Positions 45,507 to 50,913 of a stretch of DNA of 50,913 nt are shown piece after piece (within the stretch, counting starts at the first letter, position 1; each line of letters begins with the position of its first letter). The stretch lies in assembly GCA_035607135.1 (NCBI GenBank), contig DATNCR010000348.1, positions 1 through 50,913 of the forward strand, written 5' to 3'. The notes beneath the pieces were generated by a model. That model was not told where the DNA came from, searched no databases, and worked only from the letters and a program-made list of their open reading frames with translations. This DNA comes from Nitrospiraceae bacterium (GTDB lineage: Bacteria; Nitrospirota; Nitrospiria; Nitrospirales; Nitrospiraceae). The position numbers and the translations under genes are program-made.

Positions 45507-45555
45507 GGGGTACCTATTGCCGGAGGAGGTTGTGATTACGAGCAATAGGTACCCC
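45507..45555. repeat. 14-bp perfect inverted repeat GGGGTACCTATTGC / GCAATAGGTACCCC with a 21-nt loop
   Basis: Read directly from the sodC / HEAT-protein divergent intergenic region. The loop contains GGAGGAGG. An AT-rich tract (ATATTTTTATAT) follows. Confidence 0.65.
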
Positions 45556-45632
45556 TCCATATTTTTATATGTCCCACTATTGCAGAAGCCGTCAAACAAG
45601 TAGCTACGGTAGCCTCAACCTCCGATGACGGG

Positions 45633-45638
45633 TATAAT
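45633..45638 (+). promoter_or_regulatory. Consensus -10 box (TATAAT) upstream of the HEAT-repeat gene
   Basis: TATAAT lies 41 nt before the ATG at 45679. A weak -35 (TAGCCT) sits 17 nt upstream. This placement argues against the ORF-track start at 45625. Confidence 0.3.
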
Positions 45639-45678
45639 CAGGTCGCATGCGTCATTCATCGCCCATATACTGGTTAGG

Positions 45679-46770
45679 ATGTGCATGATACGCATTGCCC
45701 TGCTGCTCTCAGCACTGGCTTTTAATGTTGTGGCACTTCCCTCTCCTCCTTCATGGGCCTACCGAGACTACTTCACGATGGAACAGAAAGCGCTACTGGA
45801 GAAGATTCAAACCCTGCGTGTTGAGGCGATTGCCCTTACAGACCAGGGGGCCGTTGACGCTGCGCCGATTACTGAGCTTGTCGCTCGCCGGATCGGCGAA
45901 TTGGATTTCACGGTTGTACGAGAGGCCGGTAAACCCCATGACGCTGTGGTCAAAGTAAAATGCGAACAGCGAAAAACCTGGGAAGGTACCACTTCTGCTG
46001 GCGGGGATGCGGATTTGCCCGATGCCCCGTCGCGACTGTGGAAAGGCCCCGCCTGTCAGATGACCTATCTTCTCGGTGACATGAAGGTCAAATGGCAGAA
46101 AGAAATCCGAACCGAGTTTGAAGATGCGGCGCTAGCCGCGCAATCGGCCAATGCAGGAGATCCTGGAATCTATGCCCTGGGCAAATTGAGGGACGTGTTC
46201 GAGACATATGAACTTCCCTTGTTGCTGGCCGCTGAATGGGGTCAGTCGGCGAGGCTTCTCAGGTTGCTTGATCGATCCGATACATCGAAGGCCAGAAAAT
46301 TGAAAATTATTTCTCTCTTAGGCGAGATGCAAGCCGACGAGGCCTTACCGAAATTGAAAGAGGCGCTGAGAGATCGTGACCTGGCGAAACACGCGATTGG
46401 GGCGATGAGCAATCTTGGCAAAGAGGGTATTCCTCTGTTCGTTGAAACCATGAATACGTCACCGGACCTCGATGTGCAAGCCACGGCAGCCAAGGGGTTG
46501 GGCCAACTCGGCGGAATGCGTGGGGACGCTTCAGTCGTGCTGCCGCTATTGGCCAAGCTCAAGGATCCAAAGACGGACTGGTCCGTACTCACGGAAGTGG
46601 CCTGGGCCTTGGGAAAAATTCCGGACAAACGTTCGATCCAACCGCTCTACGATCTCGACAAGACACTACAAGCTATACGCGATCCGGAGAACGTCCCGTT
46701 GAAGAAACTCAAAGAAGCGGTGTTTTGGGCGATCAAACAATGTGATCTGTGGGACAATACAGTTAATTGA
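45679..46770 (+). CDS. Secreted HEAT-repeat (PBS-lyase HEAT-like) protein
   Basis: Signal-like N-terminus MCMIRIALLLSALAFNVVALPSPPSWA. The C-terminal half has repeated ALPKLKEALRDRD..., VQATAAKGLGQLGG..., VLPLLAKLKDPKTDWSVLTEVAWALGKI... helical pairs. Confidence 0.62.
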   Translation: MCMIRIALLLSALAFNVVALPSPPSWAYRDYFTMEQKALLEKIQTLRVEAIALTDQGAVDAAPITELVARRIGELDFTVVREAGKPHDAVVKVKCEQRKTWEGTTSAGGDADLPDAPSRLWKGPACQMTYLLGDMKVKWQKEIRTEFEDAALAAQSANAGDPGIYALGKLRDVFETYELPLLLAAEWGQSARLLRLLDRSDTSKARKLKIISLLGEMQADEALPKLKEALRDRDLAKHAIGAMSNLGKEGIPLFVETMNTSPDLDVQATAAKGLGQLGGMRGDASVVLPLLAKLKDPKTDWSVLTEVAWALGKIPDKRSIQPLYDLDKTLQAIRDPENVPLKKLKEAVFWAIKQCDLWDNTVN

Positions 46771-47056
46771 CCATCCTCTGAGAGGTCCTCATCGTCCTCT
46801 GAGTCGGCCGAGAGCCGGCCCGAAGACTACACGCTGGACACAGTCCCTTCCTCGAATCCCCCTTTCCACCCTCACGATGTGTTGAAGCGGATCACGCTCC
46901 ATAGGGTTTCATCCTCATCCTCACATTGAGTCTCTGAGCGAATCGAGACACCGCGTGTCCATGGGCAAAAGAGGCTGTCTTGGCAGACTCAGGGCGGGCG
47001 GGTGAACTAGACGCCGGAGTGGGGCGGGTAAGAAGAGCGGCCTTTTCCGCGTCCTA

Positions 47057-48763
47057 CTAGAAGTTCACCCAGAGTTGCGCATAGGCCCAATCCTGATCGG
47101 TGTTGGTGCCCAGATTCTCCTTAATATACGAACCGGCGAAGAGGTGACCATAGCCGGCTTGGAAGGACAACTTGCCATCCATGAAAAAGCGCGTCCAAAT
47201 GAAGTCCAATTCGTTGCCAAGGTGCCGCTTGGTATTGTCCGTCCTTGAAAAGACATACACACCCTGTGCGGCACGGTACCAGTTGTCCTTCGTATTGGCC
47301 AGGTTCAGACTGGTGGCCCAAATTTCAATATGATCATCCTTGGTAGGACGGAATTGGAGATTAATCGAAGGCTTCATCATGTTCTTCCAGGCTATGGTAT
47401 CCATATAGCCCATGTGAATATGGTTGGTCCCCCACAAGTTCTCAAACGTGTTGGCAGATTTACAATCAGTGTTCCCACCGATCGTGCAGTTTGCCCTGCC
47501 ATCACCGGAGGCATAGTCAAAGTTGATGGCCAACCGAGGTTTCCAATCCCATTCGTACACGGTATAGCCGATCCAGGTTCTGGTCGCCCAGGCATTGATG
47601 TGGAGATACTTTTGGTTGCCATAACCTGCGCTAGGCCCACCGTTGTCGCCCATCTCACCGAACTGGTAGATCGTCTCGTTGTATCCGTCAAAGTTGCCTT
47701 TCCGCAGCTCGATCCGGCTTCCGACCATATGACGAGTCTGATTCGAGTGCTTCGGTGTACCGAGACCCTGGTTGCTGTTGTCCCCCGAGTTGTACCGGTT
47801 GGAATAGAGGATGTAGTAGGGTTCGATTACAAATCCCGGCACCGACTTGATCTGGTTATAGAACACGATCACGTCGGAATCGATGTTCGCGCTGCCGTTA
47901 TTCAGTTTGGGGTTCGTGCTACCAGAAACAGGAAGGTTCGTCGTAAGCGCGCCGAGAGGCGATCCTTGCCCGAGGTCGGATTCAGAGGCGCGGAACCAAC
48001 CAAGGTGGCTATCCCAGGCCTTGGTACTATATTGCAACATGACCCCGTCAAAGGAGAATCCCGTGTTGGACCAGTCGAAGGCGCCGAATATCGATTGGCT
48101 GCCGAACACCACATATTGCCGGCCAGCCTTCACGCTCAGGTCTTGGATCCCCGCGAAATTCCGAATCAACATATAGCCGGCTCGGACGCCCAGGACGCCG
48201 CCGTTCCCGAAGCCAGTCCCGGTCGCTCCGCTATTGGTCCTCTGATTGTCATTGAGCGGGGTACCCTGGAGCCCGTTGCCACCCCACACGGCTGAGTGGA
48301 TGAGCTCCAAGTAGAAATTCACGTCAGGTGAGAGGTCATAGCCGAAACCCAAACGCGTCTTCTGTAGGGCAAAGGACTCATTCGCCTTGCCCGCTTCTCC
48401 ATTCGCAGTCGTGCCGCTGTTTGGACTGTTGCAGGCCGCATTGCCCACGGGCGCGGCGGCGCTGGTGACCATGGCGCTACCGAAGCAGGTATTGTTCCGA
48501 AATTCGTACCGCACGCGAAGGTCGGCGCGCATCCAGAACTTCGTGATGTCGAAATTCTTCCCGATCTTCGGATCGTAGAGTTCGTAGGCTTCTTTGTCCG
48601 GAATGGCTCGAGCCACGACGGCGGCATGGGTAATTTTTTCGCCCGGCGGCAATTCATAGGCGGCCTGAGCCGGGGTCGATACACATGACATCACCGCTGC
48701 CATCCCAGCGACACTCCAGTAGGTGGACAGACCTGTCCACCGTATTTGTCTTATGATTCTCAC
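47057..48763 (-). CDS. Outer-membrane porin, alginate-export (AlgE-like) family
   Basis: Signal peptide ...CVSTPAQA, amphipathic beta-strands along the whole length, and a C-terminal aromatic signature ...YAQLWVNF. Confidence 0.65.
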   Translation of the reverse strand: MRIIRQIRWTGLSTYWSVAGMAAVMSCVSTPAQAAYELPPGEKITHAAVVARAIPDKEAYELYDPKIGKNFDITKFWMRADLRVRYEFRNNTCFGSAMVTSAAAPVGNAACNSPNSGTTANGEAGKANESFALQKTRLGFGYDLSPDVNFYLELIHSAVWGGNGLQGTPLNDNQRTNSGATGTGFGNGGVLGVRAGYMLIRNFAGIQDLSVKAGRQYVVFGSQSIFGAFDWSNTGFSFDGVMLQYSTKAWDSHLGWFRASESDLGQGSPLGALTTNLPVSGSTNPKLNNGSANIDSDVIVFYNQIKSVPGFVIEPYYILYSNRYNSGDNSNQGLGTPKHSNQTRHMVGSRIELRKGNFDGYNETIYQFGEMGDNGGPSAGYGNQKYLHINAWATRTWIGYTVYEWDWKPRLAINFDYASGDGRANCTIGGNTDCKSANTFENLWGTNHIHMGYMDTIAWKNMMKPSINLQFRPTKDDHIEIWATSLNLANTKDNWYRAAQGVYVFSRTDNTKRHLGNELDFIWTRFFMDGKLSFQAGYGHLFAGSYIKENLGTNTDQDWAYAQLWVNF

Positions 48764-49022
48764 AAGGGTCCTCCTATGAATTCACATACGGGTATGGGAG
48801 ACCAGTATTAACTAGCCTTCTCCTTAACCCTTGCGACCAATTGTGTTGTTCTTGAGAACTTGCTGACACCAGTCAGAGGATGCCCTTCGACGAGCGTGAT
48901 GATAACCGTATTCTTCAAACTGGTGAGGTGAAAGAGTCCTGCGGCAGGCACAGTGGGTGTCGACATTCACACGGGCTCTATCTCAGAACAGCTCATCTTC
49001 ACATGCTGATCTGGAGCTACAC

Positions 49023-49322
49023 TCACACCGGATTCGATGATCCCTTCGAATCTTCTGGTTTCTCTGCCGGGGTGGTGACGGCATTGATCTGCTCTTCTGC
49101 GTCTTTGATCGAGGCCTGAAAGTCCTGCTCAACCATCTTCACTTCCTGCTGGATCATGTTGAGCTCCGGCTCCACCGACTTCCGCAAATCTTCTGCTGTT
49201 TCTTTGAACCCCTTGACCGCTTTCCCGACCTGACGAGCGACTTCAGGCAGCTGCTTGGGGCCAAACAGCAAGAATGCAATCACCAAAATAATGAGAACTT
49301 CGCCGATGCCCAATCCAAACAT
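49023..49322 (-). CDS. TatA/E-family twin-arginine translocase subunit (TatB-like second copy)
   Basis: MFGLGIGEVLIILVIAFLLFGPKQLPEVARQVGKAVKGFKE is the TM segment, the FG-P hinge and the amphipathic helix. A longer acidic helical tail follows. Confidence 0.85.
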   Translation of the reverse strand: MFGLGIGEVLIILVIAFLLFGPKQLPEVARQVGKAVKGFKETAEDLRKSVEPELNMIQQEVKMVEQDFQASIKDAEEQINAVTTPAEKPEDSKGSSNPV

Positions 49323-49407
49323 GGTTCATAACCAATGATACGTGATCGGGGATAGGTGATCGGTTCGGACTGCGTCGGCTTATCACTGGTCACCCATCAC
49401 CGCACTT

Positions 49408-49677
49408 TCAACCTTGCTTGACCTGCTTCTCCGATTGAGCCTGGGCCGTGCCCGGTGGGGTGTTCTGAGCTTGCGAGACCTGTGAAGGTGGGGCTTCAGG
49501 CGCATCGGACGGAGGAGGTGTTACGTCGATCGCATCGGCCTCATTGACACTCTTCTTGAATCCTTTGATGGCCTTTCCAAGCCCCTCACCCAATTGCGGA
49601 ATTTTACCGGCGCCGAAAATGATCAAGACGATGAACAGAATCAACATCAATTCCATCCATCCAAACGATCCAAACAT
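49408..49677 (-). CDS. tatA: Twin-arginine translocase subunit TatA
   Basis: MFGSFGWMELMLILFIVLIIFGAGKIPQLGEGLGKAIKGFKKS, then a Pro/Gln-rich tail. The upstream 19-aa extension in the ORF track is unlikely to be real. Confidence 0.9.
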   Translation of the reverse strand: MFGSFGWMELMLILFIVLIIFGAGKIPQLGEGLGKAIKGFKKSVNEADAIDVTPPPSDAPEAPPSQVSQAQNTPPGTAQAQSEKQVKQG

Positions 49678-49868
49678 CAGTCGCTCGCTTTCTCTTCTTG
49701 TCCCACCTAGGTCCACTCGCCTCGCAGCATTCAATCGATCGAGCGGTGGGAACTTTCCTCATACGAGGAGAAGGCTGTAAAGGCTATAGAAGAACTACTA
49801 CTGAGTCAAGCAGAAATTCGGCAAAAAGTCTAGGGGGTTGGCTCCAGCAGGCTACAGGAGCGCTCTTC

Positions 49869-49913
49869 TGGTCTATCCGGTCTGGTTGGTCTATCTAGTC
49901 CATCTCGTCTATT
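49869..49913. repeat. Five tandem degenerate 9-bp units (consensus TGGTCTATC)
   Basis: TGGTCTATC CGGTCTGGT TGGTCTATC TAGTCCATC TCGTCTATT read directly. The array is intergenic, about 190-235 nt upstream of the tatA start. Confidence 0.55.
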
Positions 49914-49968
49914 TACCAGATGAAGCGGATTGACCAGAGAAACCACACGAACACGATAGGCTGGCGGT

Positions 49969-50895
49969 TTAGTTCGGCGTCCTGCTCGAAGACTCGCGCG
50001 GCCTGACGTAGGCATGAAAGTAATCCACAGGGCTCGGTGGAGCGGTCAAGGCAATCATGAACGACTGAGAATCATAGCCGATGTCTTCAAGATCCTTCGA
50101 GGCCAACGCCAATTCTTCCTCTGTCAGATAGGCGACAGTATCTGGCATGCCTGTCGGCGTGAGCGAGCGCACAAGGGCCTGGAGCGCATCGCGCTCCTCC
50201 GGCGGCATCTCCAACGGAATGGGGAAGTCCAGATGGCGCACATAGGGGCTCCGATAGGTCTCATTCAATGCGCGGAGGGTCTTGAGCATCAAGCGGTCCT
50301 GCTCCCACGGCGCCATTCTCGTACCGGCAGACGGATGGGTGGCGATGAGGTCCATGAGCGTCAAGACGTTGGTGCCCAAGCTGCGCCCCACGAACTCGCG
50401 CTGGCTTTCCATGGTCATCGTGCCGACCTCCAACTGCTTGGCGACTGCTTCGGCTAACGCAAAGTTGACCATGAAGCTCTGTTGCCCGCCAAATTGGCCA
50501 TAGCAGGGCTTCTCCGGATCATTCAACACCTGCATATCTGCGGTACCCGCGTCGAAACTGCTGAACCCGATCGCCCCGGGGGCCAGGAGGCGCTTGGCTT
50601 CCTTGATCGTAGCATAGGCTCCCAGATTGACGGGAACGACGACATGTTCATCAATACGTTTGAGAAACTCTGTGATTGTTTTTCTGTAGGGCACCTCTTT
50701 CCATTCGACCGTCCGATATTCACGTTCCCACACCAGGTCGTCGAGGAAGGGGGGAAAGCCCTTGAGCGCGTTCATATCCATGGCATCGAACGCCCGGACA
50801 AAGGTCGCCCAGTCAGCAATCTTCCCATGTAAGGCTTCGCTCAAATTCGGTCGAAGGAACTCTTCTTCAATATCGTTCGCCTGGCGCGACATCAA
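49969..50895 (-). CDS. Hypothetical cytoplasmic protein; family not recognised; may continue past the window edge
   Basis: 308-aa ORF with ordinary composition and no signal peptide or TM segment. The reading frame stays open for the remaining 18 nt of the window. An ATG at 50892 is the first canonical start. Confidence 0.5.
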   Translation of the reverse strand: MMSRQANDIEEEFLRPNLSEALHGKIADWATFVRAFDAMDMNALKGFPPFLDDLVWEREYRTVEWKEVPYRKTITEFLKRIDEHVVVPVNLGAYATIKEAKRLLAPGAIGFSSFDAGTADMQVLNDPEKPCYGQFGGQQSFMVNFALAEAVAKQLEVGTMTMESQREFVGRSLGTNVLTLMDLIATHPSAGTRMAPWEQDRLMLKTLRALNETYRSPYVRHLDFPIPLEMPPEERDALQALVRSLTPTGMPDTVAYLTEEELALASKDLEDIGYDSQSFMIALTAPPSPVDYFHAYVRPRESSSRTPN

Positions 50896-50913
50896 TTTTG
50901 TCGGAAGATCGTT

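Noticed and set aside
45532-45603. 23-codon mini-ORF starting at a GTG inside the loop of the 14-bp inverted repeat
   Set aside because: It is too short and unconserved to call as a gene from sequence alone. It is mentioned only as a hypothesis under the inverted-repeat finding.
49869-49913. Possible CRISPR array or minisatellite
   Set aside because: The units are only 9 bp, contiguous, without spacers and degenerate. No cas genes are present. It is retained only as a short tandem repeat.
1-50913. Mobile elements, integrases, prophage or defence systems, rRNA/tRNA genes
   Set aside because: No transposase, integrase, nuclease or helicase motifs appear in any ORF. I noticed no long terminal inverted repeats and no abrupt compositional island.

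Overview
This 50.9-kb, moderately GC-rich window has the gene content of a diderm environmental bacterium. It reminds me of Nitrospira-type genomes, but that is unverified. The dominant feature is a minus-strand exopolysaccharide (EPS) operon of about 28 kb and about 23 genes (8725-36640). A NusG/RfaH-like antiterminator paralog heads it. Next comes an export module: an outer-membrane beta-barrel, a Wza-like exporter, a chain-length determinant and a separate BY-type tyrosine kinase. The assembly genes are a polyprenyl-phosphate sugar transferase, a Wzy/O-antigen-ligase-like protein, a Wzx flippase and five glycosyltransferases. A large decoration module follows, with two AsnB-type amidotransferases, three CelD/FemAB-like GNAT domains (one fused to a hexapeptide acetyltransferase), a DegT-like PLP enzyme, a NodB deacetylase and a SAM methyltransferase. 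A secreted beta-helix glycanase-like protein is also encoded in the operon. Many junctions are 4-13 nt start/stop overlaps, which suggests translational coupling. The architecture resembles PEP-CTERM/exosortase-associated EPS loci, but I see no exosortase and no PEP-CTERM substrate in the window. To the left lie two orphan response regulators, a delta-60-repeat lipoprotein, an aldo/keto reductase, and two divergently arranged secreted proteins of unknown function with similar end motifs, separated by about 800 bp of non-coding DNA. To the right lie a GH43-like hypothetical, an FN3-lipoprotein/beta-helix-lipoprotein/wecB operon, a periplasmic metal/redox cluster (two paralogous cupredoxin-like proteins, a DUF3365-type c-heme protein, Cu/Zn SOD and a secreted HEAT-repeat protein), an alginate-export-type porin, tatA plus a tatA/B-like gene, and an unrecognised gene at the edge. 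I saw no rRNA, tRNA, CRISPR array, transposase or integrase. All family assignments rest on motifs read by eye and need HMM or BLAST confirmation.
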